A stretch of 64,000 nucleotides of DNA from Malacoraja senta (lineage: Eukaryota): NCBI GenBank assembly GCA_038087875.1, contig CM075987.1:24926001-24990000 (forward strand), read 5' to 3'. Of the stretch, positions 1 to 11,260 are shown piece after piece. The translations under genes and the position numbers were made by a program. Every line of letters starts with the position of its first letter. Positions within the stretch are counted from its first letter, which is position 1. The notes under the pieces were generated by a model. That model saw nothing but the letters and a program-made list of their open reading frames with translations, searched no databases and was not told the DNA's origin.

Positions 1-1344
1 AGTTTATTTATTCGTGCGTGTATATATTTATGCAATGGTATATGGACACACTGATCTGTTCAGTATTCATGCCTACTATGTTCTGTTGTGCTAAAGCAAA
101 GCAAGAATTTCATTGTCCTATCAGGGACACATGACAATAAAACTCTCTCTTGAACTCTTGAACTCTCTTGACCACGTGGGTTTTCTCCAGGTGCTCCAGT
201 TTCCTCCAAAGACGTACAGGTTTGTAGGTTAATTGGCTTTGGTAAAAATTGTAATAAACTTAATGTGTGTGGGATAGACAACAGACAATAGGTGCAGGAG
301 TAGGCCATTCGGCCCTTAGAGCCAGCACCGCCATTCAATGCGATCATGGCTGATCATCCCCAATCAGTTCCCCAATAGACAATAGATAGTGGATAGATAG
401 TGTTAGTTTACGGGGTGATAGGAGGAGAACTTGGACTCGGCGGGTTGAAGGGCCTGTTTCCAGTCGGGACCCTTTCTTCAAGGAAGATCTGAAGAAAATA
501 CCGAACCGAGACATCACCTATCCCTGCTCACCGGAGACGTTGTTGCCCTGCTGACTCACACCACCATTTTGTGCCTTTTTTCCTCCAATAAAGCCGTATC
601 CACTTTACACTTAACATTCAGTGGCGTCCCCGTTACTAAGAACTCACTTTCAAACGCCAGACATGAAACTGAACTGGACCGGATGCACACCAGACACTGT
701 TTCTACAAGGGGTCAGAGCTATGGACCCTGGAACAAGTAACTCCCTTCCAGAAGGCTTTGCGAGAAGTGTCAGGTGCAAGTCAAGAGTCTGATGGTGATT
801 GCCTGCTATCCACAGTCTTCACCTCTTGCTTTTGTTGTTCAGTAACAGATATAACCCTGCTCTAAAGGCTCAGCAGGTCAGCACCCAATTTCAAGTGTGA
901 CTTCTGTGTACAATGCAGAGCTTTTAGTAGCGGTGAAATGAGTGGCGATCTTACCCATGTCTGTATTACTGTTCAAGATTGATGCACACGACATCTCCGG
1001 AGTTAGTTTTTTTCCACCATCTGTTTTTAGTTTCAGAGATCACCCGTACACTAGCAATACCCTGCACGCCAGGACCCATTTACAATGTTACCAAAGCCAA
1101 TTAAACTACAAACCTGAACATCTTTGGAGTGCGGGAGGAAACCGGAGCACCCGGAGAAAACCCACGCGGTCACGGGGAGAACGTACAAAACTCCGTACAG
1201 ACAGCGCCCGTAGTCAGGATCGAACGTGGGTCCCCGGAGCTGCAAGGGAGCAACTCTATCGCTGTGATGCGCTGCCCTAATGCCCCACATGACAATGTGA
1301 AATGACTGGTCTAAAAGCCAAACGACTGCATTTTGGTCAGATGG

Positions 1345-1753
1345 TCAATAGACAATAGACAATAGGTGCAGGAGTAGGCCATTTGGCCCTTCGAGCCAGC
1401 ACCGCCATTCAATGTGATCATGGCTGATCATCCCCAATCGGTACCCCGTTCCTGCCTTCTCCCCATATCCCCTGACTCCGCTATTTTTAAGAGCCCTATC
1501 TAGCTGTCTCTTGAAAGCATCCAGAGAACCTGCCTCCACCGCCCTCTGAGGCAGAGAATTCCAAAGACTCACCACTCTCTGTGAGAAAAAGTGTTTCCTC
1601 GTCTCCGTTCTAAATGGCTTACTCCTTATTCTTAAACTGTGGCCCCTGGTTCTGGACTCCCCCAACATCGGGAACATGTTTCCTGCCTCTAGCGTGTCCA
1701 AGCCCTTAACAATCTTATATGTTTCAATAAGATCCCCTCTCATCCTTCTAAAC
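1345..1753 (-). mobile_element. CR1/HER1-type LINE 3' fragment
   Basis: RRMRGDLIETYKI..TRGHSLRI..FFSQRVVSLWNSLP, followed by a 3'UTR with (ATTGTCT)n tail. Confidence 0.92.
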
Positions 1754-1963
1754 CCCAACAGCTAAAACCACAGCAAAAACCAGTTATTTGATGACTAACA
1801 GCTGGCGAGTGCTTTTCCAACCTGACTTCTGTGTTACACAGGCACAAGAACATTGTAAATAGGAACAGGAGCCCTCAAAACCTGCTCCACTGCTCAACAA
1901 GGCTGTGGTTGCTCTAATCTTGGCCTCAGTTCATCTTTCCTATCTGTTCAGCATCGTTCTGAC

Positions 1964-2004
1964 TCTCAGTCTGAAGAAGGGTCTCGACCCCGAAACGTCA
2001 CCCA
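1964..2004 (+). ncRNA. Minimal hammerhead core in a Penelope pLTR
   Basis: CTGAAGAAGGGTCTCGACCCCGAAACGTC at 1971-1999; a mutated tandem copy lies at ~2295-2322. Confidence 0.55.
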
Positions 2005-3149
2005 TTCCTTCTCTCCAGAGATGCTGCATGTCCCGCTGAGTTACTCCAGCATTTTGCGTCTATCTTTGGTGTAAACCAGCATCTGCAGTTCCTTCCCGCA
2101 CATTCTGTCTGTTCCACTGCAAAATCTCCTACAAGGCGTGCCTACTTTGAAGAAGTTCTCCTCCTCTCTCTGACGAGAGCTCTGCAACACCCTCTCTCGC
2201 GCGCCCCACATTTCCTTGAGCATCCTCGCCTTTCATCTGCGTTTTCACACCTTACCCTTCCATATCTCCGTGTCTCCCTCTCCCCTGACTCAGTCTGGAG
2301 AAGGGTCTCCACCCGATACGTCACCCATTCCTTCTCTCTAGAGATGCTGTCTGTCCGCTGGGCTACTCCAGCATTCTGTGTCTATCATATCTGCGCCATT
2401 TCTGAAGATCACAAAAATCATAGATTAGTCCGGGATTATGTTCACAATTCCTTTCCTGACGAATTAATTGATAGACAATAGACAATAGGTGCAGGAGTAG
2501 GTCATTCAGCCCTTCGAGCCAGCACCGCCATTCAATGTGATCATGGCTGATCATCCCCGTTCCTGCCTTCTCCCCATATCCCTGACTCCGCTATCTTTAA
2601 GAGCCCTATCTAGCTCTCCATTGAAAGTGTCCAGAGAACCGGCCTCCACCGCCCTCTGAGGCAGAGAATTCCACAGACTCACAACTCTCTGTGTGAAAAA
2701 GTGTTTCCTCATCTCCGTTCTAAATGGCTTACCCCGTTATTCTTATCCAACATTATTTGAAGCAGTTTTCCTCAGCAACGCCACCTGATTATTTGGCGTT
2801 TTGGATGGTTGACGTGGAAATGTAATAAGTACCATTAATGTATTTAAATTCATTCATCTGCAAACCAACACTCTCCGACACATTTTAGAATTAATCCAGA
2901 CTGGCATCCAGTTTCTCTTGTGTGACACATTTTAATAAGCTTGAAGCTGTCATATTTAACAGGGCTTTGTATATCATTTTGCGCAAGTTATAATTGTCAG
3001 CGGTGATCAACTTTGGCGTTTTTTTTCACAGTGAAAGTTATTCCGCTCATGCCTGGTTATGTTTTCAAACAGCTTTGAGTGGATAATCATAGAATGAGCT
3101 GCTCTGACCAGGAGTTCTATGCGCAAAGTCGTAAAATCCATCAACCTAA

Positions 3150-3414
3150 TGGGCCTGTCCCACTTACGCAACTTTTTCGGCGACTGCTGGCACCCGTCAA
3201 GAGTCGTAGCGTCTTGCGTCATAGGCGACCAGAAAGACGCTACGACTCTTTGGGTGACTGTCGCGGGGTGAAGCCTGTATGGTCGTGAGTAGTCACCCAA
3301 AGAGTCGTACCTTGTCCTGGTCGCCACTGGATTTTCAACATGTCGAAAATTTTCTGCGACTATGACGGGTGCCGGCAAGTCGCTGAAAAAAATCGCGTAA
3401 GTGGGACAGCCCCA
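3150..3414. mobile_element. PIF/Harbinger-type MITE
   Basis: TIR tgggcctgtcccacttacgc / gcgtaagtgggacagcccca; flanks TAA/TGA. A partial relative lies at ~9800-9969. Confidence 0.8.
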
Positions 3415-3804
3415 TGAGACTTGTATTTGAAGCTATAAGCAAGCCTATGCATTGCCGATGGCTTATCAATAGGATGCCAATGAAGTTAGCCTCGTCTGAT
3501 GTTGACGTGAATCCTTCATGTCCTGTTATGCACAAATCCTCAAGTCGTGCCCACGTGGTTCCAAGACGTCTGACTTTCCAACAAAGTGACATTTTTCAAG
3601 CACTGCCAATTTTCCCCATAGCCTGATAATTATATTACCCATTCTGACATTTTCTTTGGAAGCAGTTCAAAAGAAGATAATGTAATATTTCTATTTTGCA
3701 ACTATGAAGAATGATAAATGCTTTGGCAGTAGTCATTGTCTGTATTTAATCTGGCAATTGACAAGGTCCCACCTGCCCAGCTGGTCCAGTAGGTCTATGG
3801 TGGC

Positions 3805-4185
3805 ATGGTGGCACAGCGGTAGAGACACAGGTTTGATCCTGACCACGGGTGCTGTCTGTACGGAATTGGAACATTCTCCCCGTGACCAGTCTGACGAAGG
3901 GTCTCGACCCGAAACATCACCTATTCCTTCGCACCATAGATGCTGCCTCACCCATTGAGTTTCTCCAGCTTTTTGTCTACTTTCCCCGTGGCCATGTGAG
4001 TTTTCCCCGGGTGCTGGTTTCCTCCCACACTCCAAAGACGTACAGTAGGTTAATTGGCCTAAGTAAAGATTGTAAATTGTCCCAAGTGTGTAGGATAGCG
4101 TTAGTGTATGGGGATCGCTGGTCAGTGCGGACTCTGTGGGCTGAAGGGCCTGTTTCTACACTGTATCTCTAAATTAAACTAAAAT
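3805..4185 (+). mobile_element. HE1-type V-SINE with a Penelope pLTR inserted (~3887-3980)
   Basis: The SINE core is interrupted at tccccgtg, which recurs after the insert. Confidence 0.8.
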
Positions 4186-6007
4186 AAAAGAGTTGAGCCA
4201 CATGAGATCAAAGCAGGCTGCCGAAGTGGACTCAAAATTGGTTTGGTGATAAGAATCAGTGGCTAGTGGTGGAAGGATGCTTTTTGGATTCTAAGTTCCT
4301 GACCCCAGGGATCAGTGTTGAGGCACATGAGATCAATTGTTGGGACCATTGTTGGAAAGACATAACATGTTGGAGTAACTCAGCGGGACAGGCAGCATCC
4401 CTGGAAAATATGGATAGGTGACGTTTCAGGTCGGGATCTTGAATGGAGGGGTGGGGGTAAAAGCCTAGAACAGTGGAGGGGCTGGACAAAGCACTGGAGC
4501 TCATGTTTCGGATGTGAATGTAGGAGGATTGAATGGTATGTTTCGCAAGTAGTACAAGACATGGGATTGCGGTCGATGGCAAGAAAGATAATCCAAGTCT
4601 GCAGGAGGATGAAGATCCGATGGAAATTTGGATGGAGTTTTGGCCGATGGAGTTTAATTCTGACAAATGCAAGTTGTTGCGTTTTGGGAAATCAAATCAA
4701 TTTAGCTTAGAGGTACAGCGTGGAAACAGGCCCTTCGGCCCATCGAGTCCGTGCCGATCTGTGATCCCCGCACATTAACACTATCCTACACACACTAGGG
4801 ACAATTTACAATCTTACCAAGCCAATTACAATCACAATCACCATAATACTTTATTAGCCAAGTATGTTTTGCAACATACGAGGAATTTCATTTGCCAAGT
4901 CAGTCATACAAATAAAAAGCAACGGAACACACAAAATACATTTTAACATAAACATCCACCACAGTGACTCCTCCACATTCCACACTGCGATGGAAGGCGA
5001 AAAAAAGTTCAATCTCTTCCCTCCATTAGCTCCTCTTTGGAAACGGGAGCTCCCGGAGAAAACCCACGCAGGTCACGCGGTGAACGTACAAACTCCGTAC
5101 AGATGGCACCCGCTCTCAGGATCGAACTCGGGTCCCTGGCACTGTAATGCAGCAACTCTACCGCTGCGCCACCAGGCCGCCGATAAGGGCAGGACAAATA
5201 CAATATGCGCTAGGGTGTTAAGGAATGTTAATAAACAGAGAGACATTAGTGTTGAAGTCCGCAGTCATCTGAAAGTGACAGAACAGATGGAAAGGATGGT
5301 GAAGAAAACATTTGGCATGTTTACCCATATAGAATATAAGAGTTGGGACGTTATTTTACAATTTTACAAAATGCTGATTAGACTGCACTTGGACAATTTA
5401 CATTTGCACCAAGCCAATTAACCTACAAACCTGTACGTCTTTGGAGTGTGGGAGGGAATTGATAGATCTCGGAGAAAAGCCACGCGGTCACGGGGAGAAG
5501 GTACAAACTTCGTACAGGGATGGAACCCGGGTCTCCTGCGCTGCATTCGCTGTAAGGCAGCAACTCTACCGCTGCACAATATTGTACTTGTACTTTGTAA
5601 TTGTACTTGAACCACAAGTGTATGGTCCCCACACAAGAGGAAGGATCTGCTTGTGCATGAGGGGTTACAAAGGCAATTCACCAGGATGTTGCCCGACTTG
5701 GGTGATCTGAAATCTAGCAAGAAATTGGATAGGCGAAAGGTGTTTTCTCTGGAACATATGGGGGACCTGATAACAATGTATAAAATCATAAGAGGCTTGG
5801 GTAGGGTAGATTGAACCTTTTCCCAGTGGTAGAGGTCAAAACAAAACAAGATGGAAGAGGTTTAAAGTGAGAGGAAGGAGTTTGAAAAGGATGATCCAAG
5901 TCTACAGGAGGGCGAAGTTCCGATGGAACTTTGGATGGAGTGTTGGCAGATGGAATTTAATTCTGACAAATGTGACCTGTTGCATTTCGGGAAATCATAT
6001 AAGTTTA

Positions 6008-6315
6008 ATTTAGTTTAGTTTAGAGATACAACGTGGAAACAGGGCCTTCGGGCCACCGAGTCTGCGCCAACCAGTGACCCCCAAACACTATCCTACGCAC
6101 ACTAGCGACAATTTACAATTTTATCGAAGCCAATTAACCTACAAACCTGTACCTGTCTTTGGAGTGTGGGAGGAAATTGAAGAGCTTGGAGAAAACCCAC
6201 GCAGGTCACGGGGAAAACGTGCAAACTCCGTACAGACAGCACCCGTAGTCAGGATCGAACCTGGGTCTCTGGCGCTGTAAAGTAACAACTCTACCACTGC
6301 GCCACCGTGCCGCCC
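6008..6315 (-). mobile_element. HE1-type tRNA-derived V-SINE, full length
   Basis: On -: ggcggcacggtggcgcagtggtagag (A box), ggttcgatcc (B box), V core ggtttcctcccacactccaaagac, CR1-like tail and (AAACT)n. Confidence 0.88.
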
Positions 6316-6787
6316 GGGATTTGGGAGGAAGATCTTTTGCACAGAAAGTGTTTGTTACCTGCAAACATCAGGGAGGAATCAGATACAATCATTCTGTTCA
6401 ACAGACATTTAGACCGGCACTTGAATAAGGAAAGTGTGGACTGAAATGGCATGATGCGGGCAAAGGGATCGATGTAAACGGTCAAAAACGTTGGCATGGA
6501 TGTGGTGGGACAAAGGTCCTGTTTCTGTGTTGTACGACTCAATAACATTGTGAAAATGGAGAATTTAGGCCAGATTTGATTGCAAGCTTTGAGACCAATT
6601 ATTCCTCGAATAACTATGGTTTATATTCGTGGTTTTAACATACCAATTGTCATTCAAGTTTAATGAGGAGAAAAGGGAATAAATGTATTTTAATGTCTCT
6701 GGTCGGCACAACCTGGAGCACAGCTGAGGTATGTTAAAGGATGTGGGTAGCTATGACTTTTTTGTAAAAAGACGCTTTGTTTTCTAG

Positions 6788-6934
6788 GATCTCCCAGAAG
6801 CCCCTTGAACAGAACGGCCCTTACTTTAATCACTGTGAGCAGCTGTATTCTAACCGTGGTGTATGGAGGCCACTTGACCTGCCCTTTGATGGTGAAGGTG
6901 ACCCTACATGTCCCAGAGCACTTCATTGCCGATG
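6788..6934 (+). CDS. ASTN2: Astrotactin-2 internal coding exon (147 nt, phase 1-1) encoding (G)[48 protein letters not shown](G), the second transmembrane segment region
   Basis: Acceptor tttgttttctag at 6787 and donor ATG|gtaagt at 6934/6935. The open frame closely resembles the astrotactin-2 segment as I recall it (TALTLIAVSSCIL...[19 protein letters not shown]). Not in the ORF track. Confidence 0.93.
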
Positions 6935-7035
6935 GTAAGTTTTGCTATCGTGGATATCTGTAGAAAGCTGAAGAGCTTTTCCAATGTGCAGGAAGGAACC
7001 GCAGATGCTGGTATGCAGCGAAGATAGACACAAAA

Positions 7036-7774
7036 CAATCAATCACAATCATACGTTATTAGCCAAGTTTGTTTTGCAACATATGAAGAATTTCATTTCC
7101 CAAGTCAGTCTTATAAATAAAATGCAACGGAACACACAAAATACGTTTCAACATAAACATCCACCACAGTGACTCCTCCACATTCCTCACTGTGATGGAA
7201 GGCGAAAAAAAGTTCAAATCTCTTCCCTTTGCTCTCCCACGGTCAGGGGCCTCCAGCCCTCCGTTGATGGGATGATCTTGACTCCCTTTGCTGTCGGCGT
7301 TTTGGCCCTCCGCATCGGGGCGATCAGCTCCTGCACCGGGGAGATGTCAGCTCCCCCTGCGCCGGGGCTGGTCGAGCCTCTGCATCGTTGGAGCTTCCCG
7401 ACTCGGCCTCTCCTGAGACTGCGAGTTCTCGATGGTACGTCCGCAGGCCGCGGTTGGAGCGATCCCAGGCAAGGGACCGGCTGCAATGTTAAGTCCACGC
7501 CCCGCGGTGAGGCCCAAAGTCAGTCTGAGGAGGCCTCCAGCTCCATCGATGGCAGGCCGCAGAGCGCCCGGAGATGCGATCCGAAAATTAATCGCATCTC
7601 CGGCAAGGTAAGAAACTGAATAAAAAGGTTCTCCCGACCCCATCCCCCAACCCCCCCCCCAACATAAAACAAACCGGAGAACATTTACACAGTCTTTTAA
7701 CACACACTAAAAATTAAAAAAAGACGAAAAAACACACACACTGTTGGTGGGGCTGCCAATCGTGCGGCGCCCCC
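7036..7774 (-). mobile_element. GC-rich non-coding retroposon (type C) inserted in a Penelope pLTR
   Basis: Splits the pLTR sequence gacacaaaa|tgctggagtaac. On - it reads T-tract, G-tract, 13-bp hairpin (7568-7603), CpG-rich body, 3' stem-loop, poly(A)-like signal and (GATTGT)n tail. Confidence 0.75.
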
Positions 7775-7941
7775 TGCTGGAGTAACCAGAGGACATACTG
7801 TAGGTTTAAGGTGAAGGGGAAAATAATTTAATAGGAATCTTAGGGGTAGCTTTTTCACACAAAGGGTGGGTGGGTGTATAGAACGAGCTGCCAGAGGAGG
7901 TAGTTGAGATAGGGACGATTGCAAGGCTTAAGAAATAGTTA

Positions 7942-8442
7942 AAGAAGGAACTGCAGATGCTGGAAAATCGATCAGATCTACATCGGTGAGACCAAGCGGA
8001 GGCTTGCCGATCGTTTCGCCGAACACCTCCGGTCGGTCTGCAATAACCAACCTGACCTCCCGGTGGCTCAGCACTTCAACTCCCCCTCCCATTCCGTATC
8101 TGACCTCTCTGTCCTGGGTCTCCTCCATGGCCACAGCGAGCAACACCGTAAATTGGAGGAAATGCACCTCATATTCCGCTTGGGCAGTCTACATCCTGGG
8201 GGCTTGAACATTGAATTCTCCCAATTCTGCTAGCCCTTGCTGTCCCCTCCCCTTCATCAGCCCTCTGGTTGTCTCCTCCCCTCCCCCAGCCCTCGGGCTC
8301 CTCCTCCGCCTTTTTCCTTTTTTCCTTTCTTCTCCCCACCCCCTATCAGTCTGAAGAAGGGTTTCGGCCCGAAACGTTACCTATTTCCTTCGCTCCATAG
8401 ATGCTGCTGCACCTGCTGAGTTTCTCCAGCATTTTTGTGTAC
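7942..8442 (+). mobile_element. Penelope-like insertion with short inverted 5' segment, inside a CR1 fragment
   Basis: GIY-YIG C-terminal fragment plus pLTR, flanked by the 15-bp direct duplication cttaagaaatagtta (7927-7941, 8443-8457). Confidence 0.88.
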
Positions 8443-8662
8443 CTTAAGAAATAGTTAGACAGGTACATGGGTAGGACAGGTTTGGAGGGATAACTTTTTT
8501 CCCCACTGGATATTTTTCCTTTATATCTTATACAATAGAAATATTAAAGCAAACAACTTTACAAAACCACAAAGGTGTTGAAGCCAGACTGTTGTTATTC
8601 CATTTATAATAATTGTATTTCTTGGTTATTCTGCTCATCCAGGAGTTTCCCATTTTGCTGTG

Positions 8663-8947
8663 TTTAGCTTAGTTTAGTTTAGAAATACAGCGTGGAAACA
8701 GGCCCTTCGGCCCACCAAACACTAACACTATCCTACACACACTAGTGACAATGTACAATTTTACCAAAGCCAATTAACCTACAAACCTGTACATCTTTGG
8801 AGTGTGGCAGGAAACCAGAGCACCCGGAGAAAACCCACGCAGCTCACGGGGAGAACGTACAAACTCCGTGCAGACAGCGCCCGTAGTCAGGATCAAACCC
8901 GAGTCTCTGGCGCTGTAAGGCAGCAACTCTACCGCTGCGCCACCGTG
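8663..8947 (-). mobile_element. HE1-type V-SINE
   Basis: Same head, core and tail consensus. Confidence 0.88.
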
Positions 8948-10224
8948 CTCTGATTGCTGAACATGTTAGAAGTTGACAAAGATCCTGCTCATGAATGATG
9001 TATACACAAAACTTTAAGGTCTGGTTTGCAAAAGGATTGTACATGATTTGTACTCAAATTCTGGAATGAAAAAAGGCATCAGGACATTTCTGACCTTCAA
9101 TGGCACAATGTTCCCATTCTATTTGTCGTTTTTGTGACAAGATTGCTAAGTTACAGGAAAGAGAGCTATACATTTCAATATGTTTTTACCAAAGAACATT
9201 CTGACATAACTATCTTGCTTCAGAATTTTTGTTCATTGTCTGTGTTGATCCCTGTTACTACAACAATTTTTTCTTCATTCAGAGGAGCCAGATAGAAGCA
9301 GCAATGCAAGTTCTTCATGTTCTCATAGAAACATAGAAGATAGGTGCAGATAAGTGTAGGCCATCGGCCCTTCGTGCCAGCACCGCCATTCAATAAGATC
9401 ATGGCTCATCATCCAAAATCAGTAACCCGTTCCTGCTTTCTCCCCATATCCCTTGATTCCTTTAACCCGGAGAGGTATATCTACAGTAACTCTCTCTTGG
9501 AAACATCCAGTGAATTGGCCTCCACTGCCTTCTGTGGCAGAGAATTCCACAGATGGCTCCAGAGATGCTGCCTGACCCCATTAAGTTACCCCAGCATTTC
9601 GTGCCTGTTTTTGTTAGAATCTGGGATGTTCCTGATTTAGGAGTGTATTTTACTTTAGACTTAAGAGGTATAGTGCGGAAACAGGCCCTTCGGTCCACCA
9701 AGTCCGCGTCGACCAGCGATCACCCCACACGCTAACACTATCTTATGAGTTAGGGGCAATTCACAATTATACCAAAGCCAATTAACCTGCAAACCTGTAC
9801 GGAAATTTTTCAACATGTTGAAAATCCAGCGGTGACCAGAAAGACACTACGACTCTTTGGGCGACTGAGGAGACGACTCACGACCATACAGGCAACACCC
9901 TGGCCACCATGTGGCGACAGCCTAGTTGCCTGTAGACGCCTAAAAAATCGCCTAAGTTGGACAGGCCCATTAATGTTGCGGGTTGAGAAGCTGTAAGATC
10001 TTCATTTTTAATGACATCTCGACCACTTGGTTGAATGACTTTTACCTCTTGAAGTCTATAAAAAAATAATTCTGGACAACTTTGTCCGTGATGTATGGTT
10101 GTTCGACATGATTTGAGCAGGTTCTTTAGTAAAGACTTTAGAGATTCTTTCGTTAAAGAAAACAATCAGTGTGAAATCACATTATCCCATTGGATTTAAT
10201 TCTGGACATTTTTGCATTCTTCAG

Positions 10225-10392
10225 GAAGCAGCTTCGTGGTCAGTGAGGGAAGCTTTCTGGATGTTTCTGACTGGTTGAATCCTGCCAAGTTATCATTGTT
10301 TTACCAAATCAACTCCACATCTGCATGGACGAGAGACCTTTGTGGGCAAAAGACGTTGGAGCCTTGTGAACACGTCTGTGATGAAGAAACTG
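10225..10392 (+). CDS. ASTN2: Astrotactin-2 internal coding exon (168 nt, phase 1-1) encoding (G)SSFVVSEGSFLDVSDWLNPAKLSLFYQINSTSAWTRDLCGQKTLEPCEHVCDEET(G), leading into the first EGF-like region
   Basis: Acceptor tttgcattcttcag at 10224 and donor CTG|gtaagc at 10392/10393. Joins in frame with 6788-6934 (..FIADG|SSFVV..). GSSFVVSEGS and DWLNPAKLSL resemble ASTN2 rather than ASTN1. Confidence 0.95.
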
Positions 10393-10427
10393 GTAAGCTC
10401 TGAATCCTTCAACCTCTGGAGGCATAG

Positions 10428-10973
10428 AGTCATTGAGACATACAGTGTGGATACAGGCCCTGCAGTTCAACTTGCCCACCTTGACCAACATGTCCCGTCT
10501 ACATTAATCCCACCTGCCTGCATTTGGCCCACATCACTCCAAGCCTGTCCTGTCCATGTACCTGTCTTATTGTTTCTTAAACGTTGCAATAGTCCCAGCC
10601 TCAACTACCTCCTCTAGCAGATCGTTCCATACACCCAACACCCTTTGTGTGAAGAAATTACCCCTCAGGTTCCTACAGCATTAAATCTTTCCCCCTTCAC
10701 CTCAAACCCATGTCCCCTGGTTCTTGATTTTATACACCTCGAGAAGATCAGCCCTCATCCTCCTGCGCTCAAAGGAATAGAGTCCCAGCCTGACCAACCT
10801 CTCCCTATAGCTCACACCCTCGAGTCGGGGCAACTTCCTCGTAAATCATCTCTCTACCCTGTCCAACTTGACAACATCTTTCCTATAAAATGGTGCCCAG
10901 AACTGAACACAATACTCTAAATGCTGCCACAATAATGTCTTACGCAACTGCAACATGACCTCCAAACTTCTAT
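10428..10973 (-). mobile_element. CR1-type LINE 3' fragment starting ~35 nt after the ASTN2 donor
   Basis: Reverse complement of the CR1 C-terminal region and 3'UTR, same subfamily as 43544-44228. Confidence 0.8.
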
Positions 10974-11260
10974 AGTCATGACTTTGAGATTGTTGCTCAC
11001 GGAATTTATGCAACGTATTCACTTAATTTGTTTTTGGTCGTTATATTAACAATCTATTCATTTACACCCAAAATAGTGTGTAAAGAAAATGCAAGTAGAA
11101 TTTTTAGTGCTTTCAGGCATTTTTCATTGTAGTTTGGGAGACACAATAGGTTCTAACATTCTATCCAAAGAAGAAGTGATACATTCTCCCTGCTGTCTGA
11201 AATGATATTTATCCATCAATTGAATTTCTGTAAACTTATTCACCGTTACTTTTCAAATCT

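Noticed and set aside
569..865. 98-aa ORF as a possible upstream ASTN2 exon
   Set aside because: No astrotactin similarity; it looks like a very old LINE RT remnant preceded by a pLTR.
3073..3149. Acceptor-like site followed by MSCSDQEFYAQSR
   Set aside because: No convincing ASTN2 similarity or donor; it runs into a MITE.
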